From assembly GCA_964016885.1 (NCBI GenBank), contig OZ024744.1:84444001-84508000 (forward strand): a stretch of 64,000 bases of DNA, read 5' to 3'. Below, in pieces: positions 49,479 through 62,971 of the stretch (position 1 is the first letter of the stretch; the number at the start of each line of letters is the position of its first letter). The notes beneath the pieces were generated by a model. That model searched no databases and had not been told where the DNA came from. It saw only the letters and a list, made by a program, of their open reading frames with translations. Both the position numbers and the translations under genes were made by a program. This DNA comes from Eledone cirrhosa. Taxonomy: Eukaryota.

Positions 49479-52400
49479 TAGATAGATAGATAGATTTCTT
49501 TATTTGCCACAAGGGTGCACAAGAAACGGGGACAATATAAGGACATATGCCGGGGATTTTACATTTAAACGTGTAAACAGTTTTAACAGTTATAAGATAA
49601 TTAAATAACAATCAAAATCCCCAGTAAGGGGAAAGTTACAATTGGGTTGCTTTATACGTAGATAGAACAACCCTCAACTCTAGGAGCATGTTTTGTAAGT
49701 GTTCCTGTCTTCTCTCTTTTGTCTTCTTCAACCTACAGATTTATATACAGAGAAGGCCCAATCACTCGGGCCATTTTCGCCACATTCACCCACATTTCAG
49801 CGAGTTTACTGGCGTGCAGCACCTCTCTCTCCACATTCATTGTCCTTCTAAAGTGGTATTTAAAGAAGGGCATGGGATTTTGTCCTCAGTCCTTTTAACC
49901 TCGTCCATCATATTACCTCTTTCGCCATAGCCACCAGACAGAGGAAAATCGCTTCTCCTCAATTTTTTAATTAAGGCGGCGGCGTGATCCTCACGATGGA
50001 CTCGGCTGACAACTGGATTTGTCCCGCGCATGACAGTAGCTGTTCGACATATTTCCACAGGTCGGCCACTCCTGAGCATTGTACAATTGCGTGCAGACCT
50101 GTTTCAATCTCCCGCTCGCACCTTGGACGGGTCCTTTAGGCAGGATCCCTGCTAGTGCGTCCGAGCCTGTAGATCTTGTCTCGAACTGGTAGAGCTTCTC
50201 GGTAGCACCGCCAGGCCAGAGACCTCTCGAAATTATCCATAGGCCCTGGATGGAAAGTCCACTTCGATGCCTAGAGTTTCCCCAAGAAATGTTGTCGCAC
50301 TTATTTTCCAATAACCCTCTACAGAATGTTGTGATGGCGTCCCCGCTGATTGCCGGGTTCGCCAGAAAGAGGACTGTGAGCGCCTCAGCACCTCAGCGCA
50401 CTCGAGGTGCCAGGTGCCCATTGTCGGTCTTCGCTTGACCCATGACTGCAGATCCGTTAGTGAGACGAGTTGCGGAAATGTTTGTCTCACAAACGACGAC
50501 CACACCGGCTCACTGTTCAGGAATACCTGGAGATCGTGTAGCGTCAGCGCGTGTTTGCGCACGCATCATCAGCCACGACATGCCCATCCCTTCGTTAGAA
50601 GGGTGTTGGAAGCAAATGGATCTCCTCACCAATGGAGCCTATCTCTTCCAAAGGAACTTGAAGAGTAGGCGTTCCATTCTGGTGAGGTGTTCGTGGGGAC
50701 AAGGCACGACTGTCAAACGGTAGTAGATGACGGACGCTATGTAAGTGTTCGCCACCTCCGCTCGACCTTTCAAGGAGAGTTTGCACTCAGCCCACTTCTG
50801 AGTGAGCGCAAATACCTTCGCCTTGACCTCGATCCAGTTTTTCTCCACCTGGAGGTCTGGACCAAACCAAACCCCGAGCAATTACACCGGTCCTTCCATG
50901 CAGTGTCCAACGACGCTGTCACAAGGCATGGGTTTGCCTCTACATGTGCCGAGTTGCAAACCGACACACTTGTCCGGGTTTAGTTTTGTTCCTGTCAACG
51001 TTTCGTATTCCTGTAATAGGTTGCCGATTACCCCGATTTCCGAGATTTTCGACACCATTACGGTCACGTTGGCGGTATAGGCCGATGCTGCTTTTCGCAG
51101 TCCTGGTTCCATCGGGATGCCTTGCAACAGCTCCAACTTCCGCAGTAGTTGCTCGAGAGTCAGCATATACAGAATGGAAGAGAGAGGGCATCCTTGACGG
51201 ATGGAACGCATGATTTAGGATGGATTCGATAGGTATCCATTCAACTTGACTGCCGAGCAGCAGATGTTGTTGTGAATGGCAGCGATCCAGCCTCTGAAGA
51301 CGAGGCCTAAAACGACTTCCTTGATAACCGCTTCCAAGTATTGATGATCGACCCTATCAAATGCCTTAGATTAATCTAAATTGATCAGAACCCCACCTAA
51401 GCTGGGTTTACACCCTACCCTCTCTATGCTGTATCACATGAGGTAGAGATTGTGGTGTATGGACCTGATCGGGATTGCACACGTTTGCTTTTCCCCCACC
51501 AGGATCTCGACGACAAGCGCCAGCATCGTTGCTAACACCATGGCCAAAATCTTTAACTCTATGTTGAGCAGAGTTATGGGTCTAAAGTTACTTATTTCAT
51601 CCCCCTTGTTCTCGTCTTTCCTGATCAGCGTTACTACGCTTCTGCCTACAGAACTGGGAATCCTCGCGTTCTGCTGCCAGTTGCAGTAGTCGGCTTCGAG
51701 GACGTCGGGGAAGAAGTCTGGCATGCCTATGTAAAACTCATAGGGTAGACCATCTAAACCGGGTGATTTGCATTTCCCACAGTGGCCTAGGCGCCTTCTA
51801 TTTCTATATATGATCGGCCTTTCACAGCTCTCCGCATCCGTGTTCGAGAGTCGCGGTAGGCCGCCGAAGTAGGAACTGAAGTCCGTCATCACGCTCTATA
51901 CAACGCTCTGCCCTAACGGTTGTGCAAAGTGCTGCTGGAAGGCCGTGCACATCTGCTTGGATTCAAGTAGTAAGTACATGCCCGTCTTGGTTTTCCAAAG
52001 ACCGAATTGTGGATTTCTTGCTACTTTTCGCCTCTGCCACTCGGGCCTAGCTAACAGCTTTCACTCCTTCGTTTCTTAGAGCACGTGTTCTACTTACAAT
52101 ACAACCTTCATGTTTCACGCTGGAGAACTGATCTAGTGTCGTTCTCGCCGCTAGCACATAAGCTGTACTGCCACTCCTAAGTGCCTCTTCTACTTTGGGA
52201 ACCAATTCTATTTCTGTCTTATTCTCTTCTAAAGCTAATCCGTTTACTTACGTGTCGGTAACGACATGTTTAGCTTCCAGTATCCGGGTCCCTGTTTATG
52301 TGTTCTATCAAGATTGACTATGCAGGTCACTAATTTGTAGGCAGCCATGTGCATTCGTGGACAACATAATGTTTCCCTATCGTTTTGCCTAATTAGAAAT

Positions 52401-53580
52401 CTATCTAAATATGATCAAGAAGACCCAGTACGGTTGCTCCACGTCTACAGTGGTGCACTTGGGAAATCTAGTCGATAACTATCAGCCAGTTGAAAGTGAC
52501 TGATAAGATTTTTGAGGCTATTACACCCCACTCTACTATCACATGTCCCTACATAGTCCCAACGTGCGTCCAAGATACCATTCCATTCCCCCGCTAACAA
52601 TAAAGAGAAAGAGGTTCCCAGGAAAGACTCTGGGCGCTTGAAGAACTCTGGTCGCAATGTCCAAGTAGGGGCATAGACGGCCACCAATCTGATAGCTCCA
52701 CTTTCGTCACCATTCACGTCAACTACCACCAACTTGCCCTCCGGGTCCAAGAAGATTGTCTGTATTTCGAGGTCCAGGTTTTTCCGAATCAGTACAACAA
52801 CTCCTACTCCACCTCCCGACTAACAAATAAATGCATAGATCTCGAAGTCGTCAAGTATGAGGGTTAACTGCTGCTTGTTGTGAATCCTGGACTCGCTGAC
52901 GGCTATCACATCTATACGGTGTGACCTGAGGTCATTTAAAAGGTGGCCCTGGTTCCAGGGCATCCCCAGGCCACGCACATCCAGACATCCTACTCGTAAA
53001 TTTGTCATGTCGGTTGAAAAAGAGTTGATAAAGAAAAAAGAACACTTACCTTTTTTGTCTCTTGGAGGTCGGGTTGCTCGATCTCCATGTCCAGGTTAGG
53101 TGTGTTTGGGGTGGGATGGAATCCTTTTAGCAAGACACGGTTAAGAGGTTTTTGACAGTTGGATGACCACATCATGTGGGAAGTTCTGTCTCATGGTTTC
53201 GTATTGTAGGGTTGTGACCCTGATTAGTTTCAGGTTTGTGGGTGGGTCATTGTTTGGAAAAGTTTTCCCTTCTGTTTGGATGGTGGGGTCCTTTCGGACA
53301 GTTTCTACTAGTTTTCTTTTGTTCGTAGTTTTTATGTATGTGTAATGTGTTTTGTTTTTCATATGTGCTGTTTCTATTTGTAGTTTTCTTTTTGTGGTTG
53401 GGGTTTGTGATTGTGGTGGTATTGGTGTTTGTTTTGTTGGTGAAGTGTTTGTTTGCGGTGGTGGTGGTGATTGTGTTGTTGGTGTGTTTGGTCGTTTGTG
53501 GTGTGTTTATGTCGGTGTTGGTTGTGTGCGTGTTTTCTGTGGATGTTGTTGATTTTTTTTCTGTTTTTTTTTTTTGGGGG
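49479..53580 (-). mobile_element. Tx1-clade LINE E (old, heavily disrupted), (TATC)n tail
   Basis: ORF2 start MTNLRVGCLDVRGLG at 53008, with APE/RT fragments and an ORF1 C-terminal fragment. Confidence 0.85.
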
Positions 53581-53589
53581 GGGGGGGGT

Positions 53590-53790
53590 GCTGGGAGTTA
53601 TCCATAAGCCCTGGACGGAAAGTCCTCCCGAACAGACTGGTCAGTTCGTCCTCCTCGATGCCTAGAGTTTCCCCGAGAACGTCGTCGCACTTATCCTCCA
53701 CTCGTCCCCTATAGAATGTCGAAGTGGAGTCTCCGCTGATTGCCGTTTCCGCTTGGTAGAGGGCTGTGAGCGCCTGACGGCACTCGAGAG
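53590..53790 (-). mobile_element. Tx1 ORF2 C-terminal fragment F
   Basis: [34 protein letters not shown]. Confidence 0.7.
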
Positions 53791-54748
53791 GTAAATAGGT
53801 AGGTGTGTAGGTAGGTAGGTAGGTAGGTAGGTAGGTAGGTAGGTAGGTAGGTAGGTAGGTAGGTTGGTGGGTAGGTAGGTTGGTGGGTAGGTAGGTAGGT
53901 AGGTAGGTAGGTAGGTAGGTATGTGGGTAGGTAGGTAGGTAGGTAGGTAGGTAGGAAGGTAGGTAGGTATGTGGGTAAGTAGGTAGTTAGTTAGGTAGGT
54001 AGGTAGGTAGGTGGGTAGGTAGGTGGGTAGGTAGGTAGGTAGGTAGGTAGGTAGGTAGGTAGGTAGGTGGGTGGGTGGGTAGGTAGGTAGGTAGGTAGGT
54101 AGGTAGGTAGGTAGGTAGGTAGGTAGGTAGGTAGGTAGGTAGGTAGGTAGGTTGGTGGGTAGGTAGGTTGGTGGGTAGGTAGGTAGGTAGGTAGGTAGGT
54201 AGGTAGGTAGGTATGTGGGTAAGTAGGTAGGTAGGTAGGTAGGTAGGTAGGTAGGTAGGTAGGTAGGTAGGTAGGTAGGTAGGTAGGTAGGTAGGTAGGT
54301 GGGTGGGTAGGTGGGTAGGTAGGTAGGTAGGTAGGTAGGTAGGTAGGTAGGTAGGTAGGTAGGTAGGTAGGAAGGTAGGTAGGTATGTGGGTAAGTAGGT
54401 AGTTAGTTAGGTAGGTAGGTAGGTAGGTAGGTGGGTAGGTAGGTGTGTAGGTAGGTAGGTAGGTAGGTAGGTAGGTAGGTAGGTAGGTAGGTAGGTAGGT
54501 AGGTAGGTAGGTAGGTGGGTAAGTAGGTAGTTAGGTAGGTAGGTAGGTAGGTAGGTAGGTAGGTGGGTGGGTAGGTAGGTAGGTAGGTAGGTAGGTAGGT
54601 GGGTGGGTAGGTAGGTAGGTAGGTAGGTAGGTAGGTAGGTAGGTAGGTAGGTAGGTAGGTAGGTGGGTAAGTAGGTAGTTAGGTAGGTAGGTAGGTAGGT
54701 AGGTAGGTAGGTAGGTAGGTAGGTAGGTTGGTAGGAAGGTAGGTAAGT
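53790..54748. repeat. ~950 bp (TAGG)n tetranucleotide tract
   Basis: Direct reading. Confidence 0.95.
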
Positions 54749-54966
54749 AGTCGAGCAAAGCGCGACGTCGTCATCGTGTGGGGAGTGCTGGTCGTCGTCG
54801 TCGAAATCGATTTTCCAAAATCGGTTGCTCCTCCCCCCCCCCTGTTATAAGTTTGCGATTTGGCTGAGTTGGATAGAATTCTTTGACATATTCGTTCGGG
54901 TTTTACCCTTCTTCTTTTCGAGGGTGAGAAAAAAAAATACCAGTCTAGTACTAGAGTCGATTCTTC

Positions 54967-55077
<111 letters not shown>

Positions 55078-55099
55078 TCTCTCTGCAAGAAATCAACTA

Positions 55100-56120
55100 T
55101 GTTTAGACCTGGAAAGGGTGGGCTCCGCCAGGTTAATATTATAGAGTTAAGAGTTCATAATATTAATAGTATTTGTTTTCGGTTAAATGGTACTAAAGCG
55201 AAACCATTCAATCTGGAAGTCGGACTCCGCCAAGGGCGCATACTGTCACCTCTCCTGTTCATTACTTTCATGATCAGGATTGACATGGACAGCAGGATTG
55301 GATGTGGTTTCACGACTGGTGGGTATAACATCAGTTGGCTGTAATTTGCAGACGACATGGTGTTACTTAACTCGAAGATGATCTCAGGCTTGCACTTGAT
55401 AGCTTTGATGTCGAGTGCTGCATGGCTGGAATGAAAATCAGTGCTGCGAAAACTGAAACAGTCGTCCTCTCAAGGAAGCCTGCGCAATGCACTCTTTGTG
55501 TGAATGGAGTTCCTCTGCAGCAGGCGGAGAAGTTCAAGTATCTCGGGGTCATGTTCACGGAGTGATGGAAGGCAGGAGACTGAATTAAGTGCAAGAATTG
55601 CAGGATCTGATGCAGTAACGCGCCAGCTTCAGCCTTCGGTAATCAGAAGAAGGGAGGTAGGCGTAAATGCTAAACTCGATATCTTCAGTTCGGTATTCGT
55701 GCCAACCCTTACCTACAGTCATGAATCTTGGGCAATGACTGAAAGAATATGATCGCGAATACAAGCGGCCGAAATGTGGGTTCTCCGAAGAGTCTTTGGT
55801 GTAACGTTACTCGATAAAGTGAATAGCTCGGAGATCAGAAAGTCACTCCAGGTAGAGTCGCTACTTCTCCGAATCGAGGGATCACAGCTCCGATACTATG
55901 GGCATGATGTGGTTAAAATGTCTCAGGAAAGAATTGCTGTACAGGTTTTAGGGCAAACCATCCAGCAGGAGACCCAGAAGAAGATCCCGAACAAGATGGT
56001 TGGATAACATCCATGAGCTTAGCTGGTCTCGCTGGGGTTCCAGCCGGATCAGTTGGAGACGGTTGCTTCTGACAGGACCCGATGGAGGGAGTGTTTGAGG
56101 ACTCTGTCTCCACGACGCTC
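55100..56120 (+). mobile_element. RTE-clade LINE 3' portion (decayed RT)
   Basis: FNLEVGLRQGRILSPLLF, *FADD, FKYLG, VFVPTLTYSHESW, LRRVFGVTLLDK, SQLRYYGH. Confidence 0.85.
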
Positions 56121-56146
56121 TCAAAAATAAATGGGCAAAGATATAT

Positions 56147-56237
<91 letters not shown>

Positions 56238-56248
56238 TATATATATAT

Positions 56249-56395
56249 TAGGAAAATGTCCAGAAATAGCAGTCGAAACGGGTTAAGCTCTGCCGTCGGG
56301 GTCATACATTTTCCTATTACCCACTCTACTATCCTAAGTATTGAGTACTCTGGTGCGTTATGGTCCATCTGGTTCCTTTCCACATTTCCTTCGTT
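56249..56395 (+). mobile_element. Short fold-back element (family 2), copy 3
   Basis: 11 bp inverted end TAGGAAAATGT/ACATTTTCCTA plus the shared tail, in (TA)n. Confidence 0.6.
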
Positions 56396-56453
56396 ATATA
56401 TATATATATATATATATATGTATGAATATATCTATATATATATACACACACAA

Positions 56454-56533
<80 letters not shown>

Positions 56534-56671
56534 ATACTTTGGGAGGGTCATGTTGCCAATAAGAAACACACGCACCAGTTGCTTTCACTTCAATTTATTA
56601 TAATAAATTTATAAATTTATAAATTTCCGGTTGGTTGGTTGGTTCCACAACCAGATGCTTGTTCATATATT

Positions 56672-56714
56672 GTCAAAGTTCTTTCGTCACACATTCTGTG
56701 ACCTCTTCAGTGAC
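56672..56714 (-). ncRNA. Hammerhead ribozyme (Penelope pLTR)
   Basis: Same core as 5510-5552. Confidence 0.7.
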
Positions 56715-56923
56715 TGGGGATTCTTTTCTTTGTTTTTTGTTTTTTTGTTTTTTGTGCCTCTCCTTTGTTCTGTCCTACGCCATCTTGTTTTTGTGTGTTG
56801 TGTGCTTAGTTTGCGCATGTGTTACATCCGGGTGTCTGTGTGTGTTTATATTCGTGTATTTATTTGTTTATTTACATGTTACTGGTTGGTTGTTTGTTCT
56901 ATGTGTGTGTTTTCATTTTGTCC

Positions 56924-57577
56924 TTAATTGTAAGTTGTGATGTTGCTGTTCCATTCATGTTTTCTATTTAATTTCAGTTGGAGTTCATTTATGTTTATTG
57001 CCTCTGTGATTTGTCTAAACATTGCGTCTTTTCTGTGTGTAGATTCTATTTTTATTTCTATGTTCTCTAATTTACCCTTATGTTCTATTTTAGCATGTTG
57101 GTAGAGTACAGATGATTCTTTACTATCTTGAAGCTCTCGCCAGTGTTCATTTATCCGTTCTACTATACTACGAGCTGTCTCACCTATGTACACTATATTT
57201 TTATCTCTGCATTGTCCTTCAGTACATCTTATGTTATATACTACATTTCTAGTTTTACAGTTAATATAGGGGATTAATTTACAGATTATACATTTCTTGT
57301 CTATACAAGGAGGTCTTTGAAAAGGGTATGTCTTGCTAATAAGTGTTTTTATGGAGGTACCTGGTCTTTCTACTATCTTAATATTGAGTTTATGTTTATC
57401 TAGGGCCCTTCTAAATTTGTAAGCTAATTCACCTCTAGGGGTTGTATCGATGAACATTACACTCTGGTATTTATTGCTATCATACCATGAGTTTATTCTA
57501 TTAGCCTTATTCCTAGTTCTTTCTATTCTATTCCAAAATGTGCTCCTATACAAGGGGCGGGTCCCATTTGTGTCATT
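56924..57577 (-). pseudogene. Penelope GIY-YIG endonuclease domain (5'-truncated ORF)
   Basis: CIDKKCIIC...NCKTRNVVYNIRC...VYIGETARSIVERINEH...RQITEA..LNRK. Confidence 0.85.
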
Positions 57578-57788
57578 ATGAAAATGAAAACACACACGCA
57601 CATAGAACAAACAACCAACCAGTAACATGTAAATAAATAAATAAATAAACGAATATAAACACACACAGACACCCGGATGTAACACATGCGCAAACTAAGC
57701 ACACAACACACAAAAACAAGATGGCGTAGGACAGAACAAAGGAGAGGCACAAAAAATAAAAAACAAAAAACAAAGAAAAGAATCCCCA

Positions 57789-57831
57789 GTCACTGAAGAG
57801 GTCACAGAATGTGTGACGAAATAACTTTGAC
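57789..57831 (+). ncRNA. Hammerhead ribozyme (Penelope pLTR, stem III mismatch)
   Basis: GTCACTGAAGAGGTCACAGAATGTGTGACGAAATAACTTTGAC. Confidence 0.65.
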
Positions 57832-58038
57832 AATATATAAACAACCATCTGGTTGTGAAACCAACCAACCGGAAATTTATAAATTTATAAATTTATAAAT
57901 TTAATTTATAATAAATTGAAGTGAAAGCAACTGGTGCGTGTGTTTCTTATTGGCAACATGACCCTCCCAAAGTATAACAATATCGGTTTCAACACACGTT
58001 TTCAGATAAAGAATCTTCCTAAACAAATTCAGAAACGA

Positions 58039-58071
<33 letters not shown>

Positions 58072-58171
58072 GGGGGTGCGTGCGTGTGTGTGTTCCGACA
58101 AATAAATATGCGTGTATGCGTAATTGTCAATCTGCCTGTCTGTGTATCTAGCTAATTATCAACTCTATATA

Positions 58172-59427
58172 CAGCGTGCGGACGGTATTTGAGGACACAT
58201 GTATTTTTAGTTATTTTATTTGACTAATGTTTATTGAACTTCCATTTCAGAAAATAACAATGAAAATAACTATGCTTACTAATGAAATAAAAAGACATGC
58301 TGTGATTGTGGCTTTGAAGGCTAAGCATAGGGATTTAGAAATTCTTGTTTTCTGAAAGTTGCAAGATCTTTTGTCCACAAGAATCGGTGTCAGTTAGAGA
58401 AAGAAGATGGAAGCATACTACTTGTATCAAAACGTAAAAACATTCCGAATGCTCTGATTCTATCAAGACACCTGAATTTATTCAGGAAGTTAAGCAAAAC
58501 ATTGATGACAATCCAGGAAAATCAATGATGTCAATTGCAAAGAATGTTGGTGTGTCAGAAAAAACAATCAGAAATGTTGTGCATGAAGACATCAGATACA
58601 ATTCTTACGTGATGAGGAGAGGTCGATTCATGTCAGAAAAAAACAAAAGAAAAGCGTTTAATCAGATCCAAAAGACTTTTAAACAAACTTAAAAATCCAT
58701 CAGAAGATGGTGTGATTTGCTTTGTCTCAGATGAGAAAAACTTTGACCAGGAACAGAAAACTAACAAGAAATGACAGGTGGCTATGTGCAGACCCTTCTG
58801 AGGTTCAAAAATAATGCACACAAAATTTCCTGCAAGTGTCATGGTTTTGGGTGTTGTTAGCTATGAAGGACATGTGATGCCTCCTCACTTTTTTTTCCAC
58901 AAGGCCTTAGAGTGAATCCTGCTGCGTATATTGAGGTTCTGGAAAAAGTTGTTAAGCCTTGGATCAACAGTGTATGCAATGGAAGGCCTTATGTCTTTTA
59001 ACAAGATTCTGCACCATCACACAAGGCTCAAATAACACAAGAATGGATGGCTGCCAATTTGCATGATCACATCACCCCCAACATTTGGTCTCCTAATTCT
59101 CCAGGTCTCAATCCACTGGACTACTAAGCATCGTTGAGAAAAATGTCTATGAACACTCCCCTAGTACCAAAGATTCTTTGAAAGCCGCCATAATTCGAGT
59201 CATGTCCGATATGAACAAGGACCACTTAATCCGAGCTTGCAAACGATTTCGACCCCGTGTAGAGGCAGTTATTGATGCTTATGGTGGTTTTATTGAATAC
59301 AATTATTAAATTGATAATTTAGCTTTATGTTTATGTTATTTTTATAAGAATACATTTTTTTCTGTTATCATATAAGCGTTTTTTTTTTAACCATAAATCT
59401 GTCCTCAAATACCGTCCGCACACCCTA
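58172..59427 (+). mobile_element. Tc1/mariner DD37D (maT-type) transposon, transposase pseudogene
   Basis: TIRs containing GTGCGGACGGTATTTGAGGACA at both ends, with TA flanks. Motifs SDEKNF, F*QDSAPSH and WSPNSPGLNPLDY, with 37 aa between the 2nd and 3rd Asp. Confidence 0.88.
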
Positions 59428-59532
59428 TATATGCACTCACACAAGCATAAGAATACACAATAAATATGAGAGTGAATTGAGTAAACAGGTTAAACTCCAG
59501 AATAACAAGACTCATCACTTAGCCATAATAAA

Positions 59533-59800
<268 letters not shown>

Positions 59801-60344
59801 AAATTGCCGATGTCACAAAAATATAGATAGGTAGATAGATAGATAGATAGATAGATAGACAAGATTATAGAAAATTAGATGGCAGTGGGAAGCATTATAT
59901 GTGTATATATTAAAACGGTTTCAAAATTTTACATTAACCACTGTTTTATTTAAACTTTTCTATTACAGTCAAATATACATAAAATTTAGATAAAATCAAT
60001 AGGCAATCTATACTTATAACGAAAAAAAATATAGCCGAATTAAACCTGCTATATTGGGGTAGTTATAAAATGCCACCATTTGAAATCCACGTATCCAGCC
60101 ATCCATGGGCTATTAATTTCTGTTTAAGTCAATGGGGCGTTGTCTTGTCATACGGCGTATCTATTGAATATTTATACTTCGCTAAGGCCATCCCTCCAGA
60201 GAGAGAGAGAGAGAGAGAATGAGAGAGAAAGAGAGGAATAGAGTGAGGGAGGGAGTTAGGGAGAGGTACAGGAAGAGAGATTGAGAGAGAGGGTGGAAAG
60301 AAGTGAAGTAATGTAGGAGAGGAGCTGAACGAGAAAAAGATATA

Positions 60345-60470
60345 AGACTGGTATTTTATTTATCGACCTCGACCTCGAAAGGATAAAAGTCAAAGTTAAC
60401 TCTGTCCGGATTTGAACTCGGAACGTAGGAGCTGGAACGAATACCGCGAAACATTCTAGCTGACGTTCTA
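60345..60470 (-). mobile_element. SINE related to SINE-A (diverged)
   Basis: 'ttatcgacc...aaagtcaaagttaactc..ggatttgaactc'. Confidence 0.6.
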
Positions 60471-60654
60471 ACGAAATACATCTCGTGAAAACTGAAAACC
60501 ACAGAACTGTAACACCGACCTCCAACCGGTAGAACATGTTTATTGATATCCACTGAAGTCTGTCGACTTGTTTGGACCTTTTTATTGCCAATGACGATAG
60601 TTTGACGAGATACTTTGTTGTGTTCAGCAAGATAAGGCGTTTATTTCGTGAATA

Positions 60655-60965
60655 GTCTTCTTCTTCCTCCTCTTCCTCCTCCTTCTTCTTCTTCTTCTTC
60701 TTCTTCTTCTTCTTCTTCTTCTTCTTCTTCTTCTTCTTCTTCTTTCTTTCTTTCATTTCTTTTGGGGTTTTTTTCTGTTTTCTTCGGTTTTCTTCTTTTT
60801 TCTTCTTCTTATTCTTATTTTTTTCTTCTTATTCTTATTTTTCTTTTTTTTCATCTTTTTCTTCTTCTTATCTTCTTTTTTTTCTTTTTTTCTTTCTTTC
60901 TTTTCTTCTTTCTTTCTTTCCTTCTTTCTTTCTTTCTTTCTTTCTTTTCATCTTCTTCTTCTTCT
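60655..60965. repeat. (CTT)n / polypyrimidine tract, followed by a tiny RTE 3' end (~60966-61005)
   Basis: Direct reading. 'cacttattcctgagaggg' matches 12380-12400. Confidence 0.85.
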
Positions 60966-62289
60966 ATTACCACTTATTCCTGAGAGGGTCGTGCGGGCAG
61001 AGTCTTCTTCTTTCGTAGGAGACACCAATAACGTGACATCCACCATGAGCTATAACCAGTTCACGGTAGTGGGATTGGAACGCGTGAGATCCACACCTTT
61101 AGGTGGGTGGGTATCCGGAAACTCACTCAGCATGTGTTCTGCAGTCTGCTCTAGCGAATCAGAGGGGTCCATGGCTGCATTGAATCGGCCGATACTGGTG
61201 CGTAAATGATTCAGGGACACCCACTACCTGAATGTTCATGAATGGTCAAATTTGTTTTGTGCTGCAGAAATGATACATTTTCCAAATTAAATCGATAAAT
61301 CGATAAATCGTTAAACAGGTCTTTTGTCGCATTCAATGTGACATAAGACTTGTTTAGATAGAGCGACAAAAGTATTCACTACACTAGATATAACAGCACC
61401 AAATGTGTTATGTAAACTATTATTTGACAGATTAAGTACTTGATGGTTGGATGGATAAGGTGTTTGGCCTGTCAATATTCGAATTCTGTGGGTGGGTCAA
61501 TATTCGAATTCTGAGATAAACAAAGTATCGTGTTCTTGACGAGGAACTTAAATTTTAATGGCCCATAATTGAAATTATAGGAAGATATACATAACAGAGA
61601 GGAGACTTTTTACGCTTCTGCTCAACATCTGGACCTCATGCTTGCACACTTGGTAGCTAGCTGCTCTTCCCTCCCAGATCCACGACATCCACCACGCGTT
61701 TTACGTCATCGAATCCTTTGTCTTCTTACCCGGCCCATCCACCCTAGAATATAAAGTTAATTTTAACAGAATGTAAAATTAATTTTAACAGATTGTAGAA
61801 TTAATTTTAACAGAATATAAAATAAATTTCAACAGAATGTAAAATACATTTTAACAGAAAATAAATTATATTTTGTAAGTAGAGTAGGAAACCAGCATTT
61901 TATTTTAAAATAGAAGAAATGCATTTACAATTCTTCTTCAACGTTTGTATATTAAAGAATAACGAAAATGAAAGAGAAAAAGGAAATATCATTAAATAGC
62001 TAAAATAAGGGAAAGTACCTCTTCTACCGTAACACCGTGATCCTCGTTTACGAGCTCCGATGTTTGCTGAGTGAGACATATTGCCCACAAGTGGAGATAT
62101 TTACTAAGCATCCTCGGAACATCAGACTCTGCAAGCAGTCTCCACTCACCTGACATTCCTGCGCTGCTCTGCTGACCACACTACACAGCATCTCATACCT
62201 TTCAACCCTGTCTCTAGCACCGAGCCACCATCTAACTCATGGTTCCAGAGAGAAAAGCAGAATCTACACCCCCAATCTATGTGGCATAT

Positions 62290-62500
62290 CTCAGCTGCGC
62301 TCCGCAGACAAAATGGTGAAGGCATTGCCTTTGGTGAACAACCAGCCATACCTGCTGCATCAGCTACTCTATCTCACGAGTATCTATCCTGAGGTGAAAT
62401 GCACTCCTGCCTATTTTGCAGAGGAAAATAGCAATTCAGAGACCCAGAACACAAGAGGTCCCGGCGGTGGCAATCAGCACGAAAAAGAAATGGTCGGTCA
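62290..62500 (-). mobile_element. Possible CRE-clade 3' fragment
   Basis: CVLG..AIFLCKIG...DTREIE*LMQQVWLVV / KGNAFTILSA resembles the CRE C-terminus seen at 628-800. Confidence 0.35.
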
Positions 62501-62834
62501 AATTCCGACTAAAGGCATGTCTACCTCTTTTGTCTTTTTTAACCCACTACACACTTATGCCTAACCATTAATATATTTCCACTCTTAAAATCCTTACCTC
62601 ATTTTTTTCTTTTGACCGCGATCCAATCAACATTTCTTGGATTATCGTTATCTTGAGGATTTAATTCAATTTAACTGGATTTCCGAACTCACCTCTACTT
62701 ACATAACTGCTTCATGCACCAAACATTTACGTCTTCATCTTTCTGCATTGTACGCGCTCGCATGCACACGTACACATACGCGTGTGCAGACATCTATTTG
62801 CTTTGTGATACACTACCACGCACATATACCAACT

Positions 62835-62971
<137 letters not shown>

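Larger units (their letters stand above)
56527..58039. mobile_element. Penelope-like element with inverted pseudo-LTRs, in (TA)n
   Basis: Minus arm 56527-57577 (ORF end + pLTR) and plus arm 57578-58039 (inverted pLTR + ~60 bp tail). Confidence 0.88.

Noticed and set aside
53790-54748. Telomeric repeat
   Set aside because: The unit is TAGG, not TTAGGG/TTAGG, and the tract is internal.
60991-61230. GC-richer island with a 72 aa ORF
   Set aside because: No identifiable homology from sequence alone.
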